A stretch of 64,000 bases of DNA, taken from contig CAVTBU010000005.1 in NCBI GenBank assembly GCA_963733035.1, positions 704,001 to 768,000 on the forward strand, in the 5' to 3' direction. Source of the DNA: Pirellulales bacterium (GTDB taxonomy: Bacteria > Planctomycetota > Planctomycetia > Pirellulales > PALSA-1355). Position numbers and translations under genes: made by a program. Positions 10,704 through 23,739 of the stretch are shown piece after piece (within the stretch, counting starts at the first letter, position 1; the number at the start of each line of letters is the position of its first letter). The notes beneath the pieces are model-generated. The model ran no database searches and was not told the origin of the DNA. It saw only the letters and a program-made list of their open reading frames with translations.

Positions 10704-11243
10704 ATGAAACTCACAAATCGACGCCGCTGGATGTTTGCCGCCGTCTTGACTGTTTGGTTCCTGGCCTCTCGGCCCGAGCTTGCCGGGGCCGACGGCGGTA
10801 CCGTTCGGGCGATCGTACGCGACGGCGGACTTCAGATTTCGGTTTTTACGTCTCCCGTCGTCCTGGTGGCGGGGGACGCGGACATCAGCATTCTCGTGCA
10901 GGACGCTGATACCCTGGCCACACTTCCGGTGGCGCACGTGGAGATATTCATGGTGCCCCGGGGTCGCAACTATGCTGCCGAGCGGCATCTTGCCACGACC
11001 GAAGCCGCGACGAACAAGTTGTTCCGAGCATGCCATGTGCAATTGACCCCTGGATTGTACGACGTCGAGGTCGCCGCCATGACAGACAATCGCCACGGGC
11101 AGGCGACATTCACAATGCAAGTCGCCCCCCCACCGACCAAAGCTACGATGTTTTGGCCATGGTTCAGCTGGCCGGCCGTGCCAATCCTGTTGCTGGCCGC
11201 CCACGCATGGCGCCGTCGGACGCGAGATGCCCGAGCCGTGTAA
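10704..11243 (+). CDS. Exported membrane-anchored hypothetical protein (possible YtkA/FixH-like beta fold)
   Basis: Signal peptide ending AGA-DGG, beta-rich core (ATNKLF...PGLYDVEV), C-terminal TM followed by RRR; starts 7 bp after the previous stop. Confidence 0.65.
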   Translation: MKLTNRRRWMFAAVLTVWFLASRPELAGADGGTVRAIVRDGGLQISVFTSPVVLVAGDADISILVQDADTLATLPVAHVEIFMVPRGRNYAAERHLATTEAATNKLFRACHVQLTPGLYDVEVAAMTDNRHGQATFTMQVAPPPTKATMFWPWFSWPAVPILLLAAHAWRRRTRDARAV

Positions 11244-11268
11244 CGCCGGCTATCCCGATCCGACTAAC
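11239..11268 (+). promoter_or_regulatory. Candidate ECF sigma promoter TGTAACG-N15-CGACTAAC upstream of the redoxin gene
   Basis: Identical bipartite motif and spacing recur at 25354-25383, next to the ECF sigma gene. Confidence 0.65.
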
Positions 11269-11363
11269 CGTGGGGCGGACGGTGGGGCCGACACGATCTA
11301 TAATCAGATCCGTTCGACGGAGGGGCTCGTCATCGTCAACGAGCACGGAGAAAGGCACATCGC

Positions 11364-12404
11364 ATGTACGCAAAATTTGAACAGACGCTTGGCTGGCAGG
11401 TCGGCATTTGGATCGCTAGCCTGATTATTTCATTAACAAACGAACTGGCGTCGGCCGCCAAACCAGATGCCGCCGAGATTCCGGCCCCGGCTTACGTTAC
11501 GTTAATGATGGCCCGCGACCCGGCAGTGCAATCGGAGTTGAAACTCACTGCCGCGCAACTTACCGCGGTCAAAGCAGCGATTGCGGAGGTCGATCAGCCG
11601 TTTTGGCAATTGCGCGACGTGCCTCCGCAAAAGTGCGCCGAGAAACTCGATGCCGGCTTGCTCAAGCTCCGTGCGCGACTGGCCAAGGCCATGACGCCCG
11701 ACCAGCTCATACGTTTCGATCAGCTTGTCATGCAAGCCCGCGGCGCACGCGCTTTGGTCGCCCCCGATGTGCGCCAGCGGCTTAAGTTGGGCGAGGTCCA
11801 GGTCGCGAAGATCGACGAATTGGTGGCCGGGACAAAGGAGGGCGGGCTCGACTCACAACAGGTGATGGCCCTACTAACTCCCGAACAACAATCGCAATTG
11901 ACGACGATGTTCGGCCCGCAGTTCGACTTGAGCCGCGTTACTCGCGTCGGTTGCATGGCCCCCGAAATTCGGTCGGTCAGCGCGTGGGTCAATAGCCAGC
12001 CGCTAACGCTCGAAGCGCTGCGCGGGAAGGTCGTCATCGTGCACTTCTGGGCCTTTGGATGCATCAATTGCATCCACAATCTGCCGCACTATCAGGCCTG
12101 GTACGACAAGTTTCCACAGTCAGACGTGACGATTATCGGCATCCATACTCCGGAGACATCCGCCGAGCGTGACTTGAGCAACCTGCAAGCAAATATCGCC
12201 GAGCGGGGAATTAAGTATCCTGTGGCTTTCGACGCCGCCGCCGAGAATTGGAAAGCGTGGGCAAATAACGTGTGGCCGGCGGTCTACCTGATCGATCGCC
12301 GCGGTCAGGTGCGAGCCTGGTGGTATGGCGAGTTAAACTGGCAAGGGGCGCGCGGCGAAGAGTCAATGCGCAAACAAATCGAGGCGCTCGTCTCAGAGCA
12401 ATGA
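11364..12404 (+). CDS. Exported redoxin (TlpA/DipZ-like thioredoxin fold) with N-terminal helical repeats
   Basis: RBS GGAGAAAGG; signal peptide; LRGKVVIVHFWAFGCINC, IGIHTPE, WPAVYLID..G, GE motifs. Confidence 0.88.
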   Translation: MYAKFEQTLGWQVGIWIASLIISLTNELASAAKPDAAEIPAPAYVTLMMARDPAVQSELKLTAAQLTAVKAAIAEVDQPFWQLRDVPPQKCAEKLDAGLLKLRARLAKAMTPDQLIRFDQLVMQARGARALVAPDVRQRLKLGEVQVAKIDELVAGTKEGGLDSQQVMALLTPEQQSQLTTMFGPQFDLSRVTRVGCMAPEIRSVSAWVNSQPLTLEALRGKVVIVHFWAFGCINCIHNLPHYQAWYDKFPQSDVTIIGIHTPETSAERDLSNLQANIAERGIKYPVAFDAAAENWKAWANNVWPAVYLIDRRGQVRAWWYGELNWQGARGEESMRKQIEALVSEQ

Positions 12405-12434
12405 CGCCGACACAAGCGCCGCTGACGTGGGAAG

Positions 12435-13151
12435 CTACGGCCGCTGGTCGCGCGGCTGGCCCCCCCGAGCGAACTCGTTCAACCCAGCAGACGGGTTTGA
12501 CGCCAGATTCAGATTCAGGCTTCGCAGGAGATGAAAGTCCTGGCCATGAATGAATTGGCAGCCAATTAGATAGTTGGGGCCGACGCAGAGCGACCAGCGA
12601 ACCTTTAGTCGCAGCGTTTCTTCGCCATTTGGCGTTTGGACCAGCGTGTGAATACTGCGCGTTTGTTCCGGCGCCTGGCTGGTCATCAAACATAGACCAC
12701 CCTCGGAAAGGTCGCGAATCATTCCTGGTATGCGCGGTGCTTCACGCGACCAGCGTATGTCGACGGGAATTCGCGTTTGAAACCGTATGGCCGATCGCCG
12801 CTCGAGCAGGCCGCTGGCTACCAGTTCGGCAAATCGTGTTTCGCTCATTCGCTTGTCGAACTCGCACTCAATCAACCAGTCGCCCGTCGGGTTGAGCCGG
12901 GCCCAGGCGATTTCGCCGAAAATTACCAGCGTGCGCGTGAGCTTTGAGCTGACCAATCTCAGTCGACAACGACAGGGTAGTTCCGGCGGTCCGGCGACCA
13001 GCAATTTGGCACTGGCCGCCGAAATCTCCCGCAACTCCGCGCCGCAGTCGGCCGGCAGTTCTCCATCGCTGGGAGAGAGAATCATGGCATCGACCAACTC
13101 TGGATGAACCAAAGGATAGGAGCGGTCGCACCTGGTAGACGCTATCGACAT
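12435..13151 (-). CDS. PilZ domain-containing protein (degenerate N-terminal PilZ + canonical C-terminal PilZ)
   Basis: ERRSAIRF (RxxxR) and RDLSEGG (DxSxxG), V.W...GCQF; the first half has RSYP...EISAAS...WAR...ECEF. Start uncertain. Confidence 0.8.
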   Translation of the reverse strand: MSIASTRCDRSYPLVHPELVDAMILSPSDGELPADCGAELREISAASAKLLVAGPPELPCRCRLRLVSSKLTRTLVIFGEIAWARLNPTGDWLIECEFDKRMSETRFAELVASGLLERRSAIRFQTRIPVDIRWSREAPRIPGMIRDLSEGGLCLMTSQAPEQTRSIHTLVQTPNGEETLRLKVRWSLCVGPNYLIGCQFIHGQDFHLLRSLNLNLASNPSAGLNEFARGGQPRDQRP

Positions 13152-13594
13152 GGTCAAACTCGTGGTTTCAATTGGGAGGCTGAACTCCCAACTGTAGGTC
13201 GAGACGGCGCGTTGTGGGAGCAAAAAAACCAGTACGGACCTGGACAATCGAGGGCGTGACAACGCGCGGCATGTACACGGCAATGCTGCGCATGCCCTAA
13301 AGTCTGCCTTGCCAGCCGGTAAAATCGCTACGATTTTCCTACGTGCACTGCCATCGCCGACTTACGTGACCCGCATTCGTCGGCCGCTCGCGAAAGTCGT
13401 AATTGCTTGCCCGCGCATACCAATTGGCAATGCCGTCAGATAGCACACGCAATCAAGGCGATAAACGCAAGTTACTTGCGAATTTCATGGACAGCTAGCA
13501 TCGAATTTAATCATAATCTACGTGACTTGTCGGGTTTGGCTTCCGTGGCGCGAAGCAACAAGTCCCCCTCTCTCTTCCGCGGCAATTGCACGTC

Positions 13595-16229
13595 ATGGCG
13601 AACGTGGTCGATCCGAATTCCTGGCGCATGATTCCACTCCCAGATCCCCAACGTACCGGGCCGACCGCCGACCCTATCGGCTCCGAGGTCCAGGCACCGG
13701 AAAGTTTGGCCGCCTCGCGGCAATCAACCATCGACGTGTTGACCACTGTTCTCGAGGGATCCTTCGCGGCCCCTGGTGACCGAGTTGTGTGGAACCTGTC
13801 GGAACGTCTGTCGAATTTAGCCGCAGACGGGAAGCAGCTGCGTGTCGATTCACAACATGAGATTGCCGCGCCAGCCGCCCAATTTCCAGAGCAACCTGGC
13901 GTCGATTCCGAAGCGCCTGCACCACGGCCGTGGCTGGTGCTGGTGGAAAATGCGAGCGGCGTCCAAACGGTTACGCAGGCCGAGCGACTGCGCAGCGATC
14001 GATCTTGAATCGCAACTTCTCGTCGTACTTTGCGATGTGGACGATTCTCAGCTACGACACGTTGACACGCACGAAGCAAGTGGGGCCGCGCGTGTCGCGG
14101 ACCGGTTGCAATGCGATTTTGTAGGCCCATTGGACGCGGCCAACCCGGGCCAGCTGAGCGAGGCCTTGGCGCGTGTCAAGCAGAGTGGTCGGTCGACCGT
14201 TTTATATGTTGACGCACGGACTTTGCAGGCCCCAGCCCCTCATTTCGCACCGGTTGACCGAGCGTCAGACGGCGAATCGACGGTCGGCGCTGGAGAGCGG
14301 CTGCGGGATATCGCGTCGGGGGCTCTGGCAACGCTGGCCGCCAACGATCGGCGAATTGCCGTGTATTCAGCAGACGACGATTCGCTGTTCAAGACGACAG
14401 CCGAATCCAGTATTTCGCAAGAATTGCCGCTCGATGAGCGCGTGCCGATGGCCATCGACCAATGCGCCTCCCTCGCCGCGCGGGGCGGCAAACCGTTTCT
14501 CTTTATGTCGGCAGACGAAGTGCAGAACCATCTCGGTCGTATTCGTCGCGAGATTTGCCTCGATCGACGTGGGGTGACGCTCGTCATCGAGGCACGCCGT
14601 GCTGGCGCGGTGTCCGAAGTCATCGGTTCGGCGAGTCTGTCGGGCATTCGCCACTTGCCAGACATTTCATTGTTGGCACCTAAGGACGGCACCGAGCTTT
14701 GTCAGATGCTTACTTGGTGCGTGGATCAAGCTGACCCGGCGGTGATTTGGCTTTCCGAACAGTGGGAGCCACCGGTTCACTGGCCGCCAGGTGACGAAAT
14801 TGTCCGCGGTCGCGCCGAGCGACTGGGAAAAGGGACGGACGTGACGATTATCGCGTGGGGCTCCCAGGCCGCTGCGGCCGCGATTGCAGCGGAGAATCTG
14901 GCACAGCAGGGCATCGTTGCCACGGTTGTCAACGCCCGCTTCGCGCAACCACTCGATGTAGAGACCTTGGCCCGCGCTTGCTCCGACGCGGCCTACTTGG
15001 TGATTGTGGATGATGCTCCGGCCGGGGGCGGCTTTGCGGGATGGGTCTCGGAGCAGCTTGTCCGACGAGGAGTCGTGCAGAGTATTACGATCGTTTCCTC
15101 TGCGAATCTCTCGGAACGCTCCCATTCCGACGACCCGCATGACCAGTTGGCGTCGCACATTGTTGATCGCTGCCGTTGGCTGAGCGAGCCGATGTTCGGC
15201 CAACGGGTTGATCCGGAAATGCGGGTCGTGTCGGTGGAGAGGCCCGTATTTCCGAGCTACCCGGTAGCGCGGATTTTCGAGACGGCAGGGAGTTCGGACG
15301 TTCAGCAGCAAATCCTTGCGCAGCAATTCAGTCCGTTCATCCAGCGTTGGGTCGAGCGATACGCTCTGGTCGGCAGCCGTGACGTATATTTGTGGCGTTG
15401 GTGTTTGCACGGACTGGGGTTGACGACGCTGTCGTGCGTCCCGGTGGCGTTGCGCCATGATTTGTGCGATACGAAGCTGCTGGCGGTGATGTATGGCGTC
15501 ATGCTAGACGACGTGGCCGACCAGGCGGGAGGCGACGAATTTCTAGCGGCCCTGATCGGCATCATCGCCGGTGAGTCGGAGCGCAATTTTGGCGCGTTCT
15601 CCAGTGAACAGCAAGAGTACGCTCGGTTTACATGCGATTTGTGGGACACGTTTCGAGGTCGTCTGGAATGCTCTCCCTGCTACCAGGAATACGCAGAGCT
15701 GTTGGACTACGACCATCGGCAGATCCTCAACACGTTTGCGTACTCTTGCATGGTGAACAAGCATCCGGCGCTGCTCAACGTGCAAGAACACGACATGTAC
15801 ATGCCACACAACATGCAAATGATGAGTTTTGCCACGATGGACCTGATGTGCTCGCCGAAGTTCGATCGAAACGAACTCGGGAGATTGCGAGAGGTGATCT
15901 GGCACGCGCAGAGCATGGGGCGTATCGGCAACCTCGTCAGCACGTGGCAGCGAGAGATTGCGGATCGAGATTTTACCAGTGGAGTATTCGCCCGAGCATT
16001 GCGGCAAGGCGACCTGACGCCGGACGACCTGCGTTCGGCATCGGCCGAGTCGATCGAAGCGGCCGTTCGGCGTGGCGGACACGAACAATATTTCTTCCAG
16101 AAATGGGAGACGCACCGGCGTTGCATCCTGGGGTTGGCTCCGGACATCCATAGCGTCGACGTGGGTCAGTTGCTAGGGGCGCTGACCCAGCTGATGGACA
16201 TGGAGATCCATAGTCGCGGTTTGAAATAG
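13595..16229 (+). CDS. Degenerate DXP-synthase (DXS)-like protein fused to a class I terpene/isoprenoid synthase-like domain (frameshift at ~13990-13993)
   Basis: DXS-collinear segments: GDRVVW, LLVVLCD, FVGPLDA, LAARGGKP, LAPKDGTEL, GTDVTIIAWG, VVNARFAQPLD, GGGFAG. The C-terminal helical domain has DDVAD (15507-15521) and RIGNLVSTWQRE (~15921-15956). Restoring GC at 13990 joins the ORFs (RLRAAIDLESQ; ~878 aa). Confidence 0.8.
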
Positions 16230-16252
16230 CGCGTTTTTGCGCCCGGCACTTG

Positions 16253-19386
<3,134 letters not shown>

Positions 19387-19390
<4 letters not shown>

Positions 19391-20556
19391 AGCGAGAAAT
19401 ACTCTACGTCGACGATGAAATGGAGAATCTGGTCGTTTTTGAGGCCACGTTCGAGGACTATTTCGACGTCGTTACCGCCTCGAGCGGAGCCGAAGCGTTG
19501 GCCCTGCTCGAGCAGCGCTCATTCCCCGTCGTCGTCGCCGATCAGCGAATGCCCAAGATGAGCGGTGCCGAGCTATTCGAAGTCATGCGGCGTAAGTTTC
19601 CGCACACGAAACGGATCATGCTTACCGGGTACGCCGATTCCAAGGCAATGCTTAGTGCCATCAACCAGGGCCAGGTGTTCTATTTCATCAAGAAGCCTTG
19701 GGAGCAGGATGACGTTTTCTCAATTCTGCTGCGGGCCATCGAAGCCTACGACATGTCGCTGTCGAACGTGGTGTTGCAGGATCGACTGGTTGCCGCCGAC
19801 CGCTGCGCCATGCTGGGTCGCTCGGCCGCACGGCTCGCTCACGAAATGGGCAACCAGCTATGTATGTTGCCGCTGCTCGAACTGATTGAGGACGAATACA
19901 GCGATCACGAAGACCTCGTGCGGATGGCGTCGTTCGCGCGATCAACCTACGATCGGCTCGTGCAGATCGTCGAAGAAGTAAAATCCTTCGTTCGTTTCGA
20001 ACGCGAGGAAATGGTTACTCAGCCGCTGGAGTTGTCCGAGGCCGTGCACGAACTGGTGGAGTTCCTGCGCTTTGAACGAAGTCTGCCGATGGACCGCTTG
20101 ACGGTCAATGTGCACGGCGAGAGCTGGGTGCGTGCCAATCGAATCAAGATTCAGCAAGTGCTGATCAATTTATTGAAGAACGCCGAGTTCGCGACACGCA
20201 ATCGCGACGATGGACACATCACGCTCACCTTGTCCAACGAGGGAGAGCGGGCCATCCTCACGGTCGCGGACAACGGATGCGGGATGACGGCTGAGGTGGA
20301 ACAGCGAATCTGGGAACCGTTTTTCACGACCAAGGGTGAGCAGGGCACGGGGCTTGGCCTCGACGTCGCCAAATCGATCATCGAGGGACACGACGGCAGC
20401 ATCGATTGCACCACCGAACCCGGCGCCGGCACTTCGTTCACGATTCGGTTGCCGCGCATCGAACCCACCGATCCCGCCGCGAGCCTACAGCTTCCCATCG
20501 AGGGAACGGCACTCCACGATTTTTCGTCGCTTTCCACCCCGATGTCGCTCAACTAA
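19387..20556 (+). CDS. Hybrid response regulator/histidine kinase (REC-HisKA-HATPase)
   Basis: YVDDE, ADQRMP, LTGY, KPW; AHEMGNQL; NLLKNA, DNGCG, FFTTK, GTGLGL. ATGA overlap with the upstream kinase. Confidence 0.95.
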
Positions 20557-20603
20557 ACGCCCAGCCGGACTCCCGGCCCAATGGAGACGGAGATCGTTTG
20601 ACC

Positions 20604-21539
20604 ATGAAGATACTACTGGTTAGCCCTCGCGGTTTTTGTGCGGGCGTCAACATGGCGATCGATGCGCTCGAACAGGCCATCAAAATGTTCGGTACACCGC
20701 TCTACGTGTTCCATGAAATCGTACACAACCGCCATGTCGTGCAGCGGTTCAAGGACAAGGGCGTCGTGTTCGTCGATCACGTGCATGAGGTTCCGCGCGG
20801 CAGCCACCTGATGTACAGCGCCCACGGCATTTCTCCCGCCGTACGAGAACAGGCCCGCGAGCGCGAATTACAAGTCGTCGATGCCACGTGCCCACTCGTC
20901 CGCAAGGTGCATCTCGAAGCGATTCGCTTTGCGCGCTTGGGTTACTCCATCGTCCTGGTTGGCCATCGCGATCACGATGAGGTCGTCGGTACCTTGGGCG
21001 AGGCCCCCGGCCAGATCGTACTCGTGGAAACCGTCGACGACGTCGATCGCCTGCACGTTGCGGATCCCAACAAAGTTGCCTACCTCACGCAAACGACTCT
21101 CAGCGTCGACGACGCGGGCGTTATCATTGATCGACTACGAGCAAGATTTCCCAATTGCGTCGGTTCGCCGAAAGAAGACATTTGCTATGCCACGCAGAAC
21201 CGGCAGGAGGCCCTTAAGGCTGGCGTCGAACGGGCCGACGTCGTCCTGGTTTTTGGCAGCAAGAACAGTTCCAACAGCATCCGTTTGACGGAAGTGGCCG
21301 CCGAGTTCGGCCGTCCGACACATCTGGTTGACAGTGTCGAGGAAATCGATCGCGATTGGTTTCGTGGCGCTGAAACGGTGCTGATCACCGCGGGCGCCAG
21401 CGCGCCGGAGGATCTGGTAATCGCCTGTGTGGATCTGCTGACCCAAGAATTCAATGCGACCGTCGAACGCCTGGCCGTGCGCGATGAGAATGTGGAGTTT
21501 CCCCTCCCGTACGAGATTCGCCCGCTGTCGGCCGGTTGA
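20604..21539 (+). CDS. ispH: 4-hydroxy-3-methylbut-2-enyl diphosphate reductase
   Basis: PRGFCAGV, HEIVHN, SAHG, DATCPLV, HDEV, QTTLS, ICYATQNRQ, SSNS, TAGASAPE; all three Fe-S cysteines present; RBS GGAG. Confidence 0.98.
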   Translation: MKILLVSPRGFCAGVNMAIDALEQAIKMFGTPLYVFHEIVHNRHVVQRFKDKGVVFVDHVHEVPRGSHLMYSAHGISPAVREQARERELQVVDATCPLVRKVHLEAIRFARLGYSIVLVGHRDHDEVVGTLGEAPGQIVLVETVDDVDRLHVADPNKVAYLTQTTLSVDDAGVIIDRLRARFPNCVGSPKEDICYATQNRQEALKAGVERADVVLVFGSKNSSNSIRLTEVAAEFGRPTHLVDSVEEIDRDWFRGAETVLITAGASAPEDLVIACVDLLTQEFNATVERLAVRDENVEFPLPYEIRPLSAG

Positions 21540-21785
21540 TCTTTCGGCGGTCGCTTTGCCGCTCGGTTTCGTGCCGGTCGTCCCAGCCGCCATTCGGTGT
21601 ACAAGAAGATCCTCAACTTGCGAGCTCGTGATTTTCGAGCGAATCCTTCCAGTCGGCACGTGATGCCGTTCGATTAAGTCTATACGGAGACTGGACTTAA
21701 GATCGACTTTTCCGGTTAGGCAAGCTCGGCAAAGCCACTTCCGGCCGAGGCCACGGTTTCGTTCTTTAGGGCGATGGAGCGCTTC

Positions 21786-23054
21786 ATGAAGCTGCGTCGA
21801 ATTCTTGCCTGTTCGGGTCTGCTACTGCTGCTGGTTGGCCCCACGTTGGTCCGCGCCGATGGCCTAATTCTGGACGGCGTCGGCCCAATCTCGAGCGGTC
21901 GTGGCGGTACGAATCAGGCTTTTTCCGACAACGCTGCGATCATCCTCGACAACCCGGCCGGCATGATGAACGTCGCTGGCAACGGCTTGGCCGAAGCGGG
22001 CGTCGATACCGTGATTCCCGTCGTCAACTACTCCGACCCGTACAATGATGTCCAAAGCAAGATTCGCCCGCTGCCGGTTCCGAACCTGGGCTTGATCCGA
22101 AAAAGCGCCGACGGACAGTGGGCCTGGGGCATCGGTGCATTCATGCCAGCGGGCTTCGGAGCGAGCTACGGTGTGCTAAACAATCCCGTCACGGGATCCA
22201 ACCTGCTTCGGTCGCAAGGCGGCCAGGCGAGGTTGTTGCCCGCCCTGAGCTTTCGTGCGACCGAACGTCTCTCACTGGGGATCTCCGTGGGAGTTGGGCT
22301 CAGCTATGCTTCGCTCGACGGCCCGTTGTACTTGCAGTCCGGGGCACTGGCTGGCGCGCCCTCGATTATCGACGTCGAGGGGACAGGTGTCGCGCCGATC
22401 GGTTCGGTCGGCATGCAATACCAGTTGACCGAGAAGACAAGGATCGGTGCCACGTACACCGAACAAGCCAACTATTGGTGCCATGGCGGAAGCAACGCGA
22501 CGATTATCACGGGCTTGGGCCCTCTGCAAAGCCACTTCAATAGCCAATTCAGGATCCAATGGCCGCGAAGCGTAGCCTTCGGTCTGAAGCACGACTTTTG
22601 CCCACATCGCCACTTCTCGGCCGATGTGATTTGGTACGACTGGGCACACGCATTCAACAACATTCAACTGTTATTCTACGACGCGACGAACCCGTTGCTC
22701 GCCGGCCAGATTAGCCAGACGCTGCCGCTAAACTGGACCGATAGCGTTTCGATGCGGCTGGGATACCAGACGGAGTTTACGGAAGTCGATACCTTCCGCT
22801 GCGGCTATGTTTATCACTCCAGCCCTTCGCCAAACTCGACGTTGAATCCCTACATTGACGGCATCCTGCAGAATGCATTCAGCTTGGGCTATAGCCGCAC
22901 TTTCTCCCGCGCAATCTTCAACGTGGCATACCAATATCACTTCAGCAATACCCGCCACGTTGTCAACAGCGGGTTGATCGGCGGGCAATTTGATAATACG
23001 ACCATGCGAGCTCAAGCACATTTCGCGATGCTGAGCTTGCTGGTGCCGTATTAG
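21786..23054 (+). CDS. OmpP1/FadL/TodX-family outer-membrane channel for hydrophobic compounds
   Basis: Signal peptide; hatch-like N-terminus GRGGT...DNAA...DNPAGM; amphipathic beta-strand pattern; aromatic C-terminal residue. Confidence 0.88.
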   Translation: MKLRRILACSGLLLLLVGPTLVRADGLILDGVGPISSGRGGTNQAFSDNAAIILDNPAGMMNVAGNGLAEAGVDTVIPVVNYSDPYNDVQSKIRPLPVPNLGLIRKSADGQWAWGIGAFMPAGFGASYGVLNNPVTGSNLLRSQGGQARLLPALSFRATERLSLGISVGVGLSYASLDGPLYLQSGALAGAPSIIDVEGTGVAPIGSVGMQYQLTEKTRIGATYTEQANYWCHGGSNATIITGLGPLQSHFNSQFRIQWPRSVAFGLKHDFCPHRHFSADVIWYDWAHAFNNIQLLFYDATNPLLAGQISQTLPLNWTDSVSMRLGYQTEFTEVDTFRCGYVYHSSPSPNSTLNPYIDGILQNAFSLGYSRTFSRAIFNVAYQYHFSNTRHVVNSGLIGGQFDNTTMRAQAHFAMLSLLVPY

Positions 23055-23124
23055 TCGCCACTCACCCGAAGCGGCGGCGCAAGAGATTGAGGCGACGGCC
23101 CCAATAGTGCGACGTTTTGGCGTA

Positions 23125-23655
23125 CTATTGCGACGCAGCCCCCGTCGGCTCTGCCTGGCAAGGATCGCCCGATGGTTCTAGCGGCTCGCTGTCAGGAGAC
23201 CGATTTAGTCGGGTAAACTCGATCGCGTATACGTCGTATTCGAACGAGTACGTTATCGATGTTCTGGTTGCCGTCACGCTGATCGGCAGCGGAAATATTG
23301 CCTCCCAGACAAAGTACGGCAATAAAAAGAACACGAGACCGCCGGACCGGATGACGTTCAACAGGGGGCCGCGGTAGCAAATCAGGAGCACGCCGTAGAG
23401 AACAACGGCTGCGGCCAAAGCGATCACGACGCCCCATCGCCGCAGCTGACGTTGACGGGACATGAGTTCATAACAAGTCGTGCAGGCTGGCACCTGAATG
23501 GTTCGAGCGGCAGGCTTTCTAAAAAGCCAACGCCAATTGGCGTCGGGGCTTGCTGACAGTTCCAATGAATCGCCGGGGCCTTGATGGCCACAGAGGATGC
23601 AACGATCCGGAAAACGCGCATTTCGGGTTACATCCAGCGTCACGCTTGTACTCAT
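23125..23655 (-). CDS. Hypothetical membrane protein with two CxxC pairs (paralog A)
   Basis: RBS GGAGGT; FPDRCILCG, VPACTTC, two TM helices, YAIEFTRLN. Confidence 0.75.
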   Translation of the reverse strand: MSTSVTLDVTRNARFPDRCILCGHQGPGDSLELSASPDANWRWLFRKPAARTIQVPACTTCYELMSRQRQLRRWGVVIALAAAVVLYGVLLICYRGPLLNVIRSGGLVFFLLPYFVWEAIFPLPISVTATRTSITYSFEYDVYAIEFTRLNRSPDSEPLEPSGDPCQAEPTGAASQ

Positions 23656-23739
23656 CACCTCCGTACGCCTTCCTTCCCTGCCCCATCACTCGCTGCCGTG
23701 CCACGGACCGCTCGAGGGCGAGTCCAAACTCGAATGGCT

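Noticed and set aside
13595..16229. Annotation as a functional dxs gene
   Set aside because: Catalytic His, GDG/NDN ThDP motif and the conserved Glu motif are all missing.
21715..21760. GCAAAGCC...CCGGCC resembling part of a c-di-GMP-I riboswitch
   Set aside because: No P2 stem with GNRA tetraloop and no matching 3' half; only a simple CTCGGC/GCCGAG hairpin.
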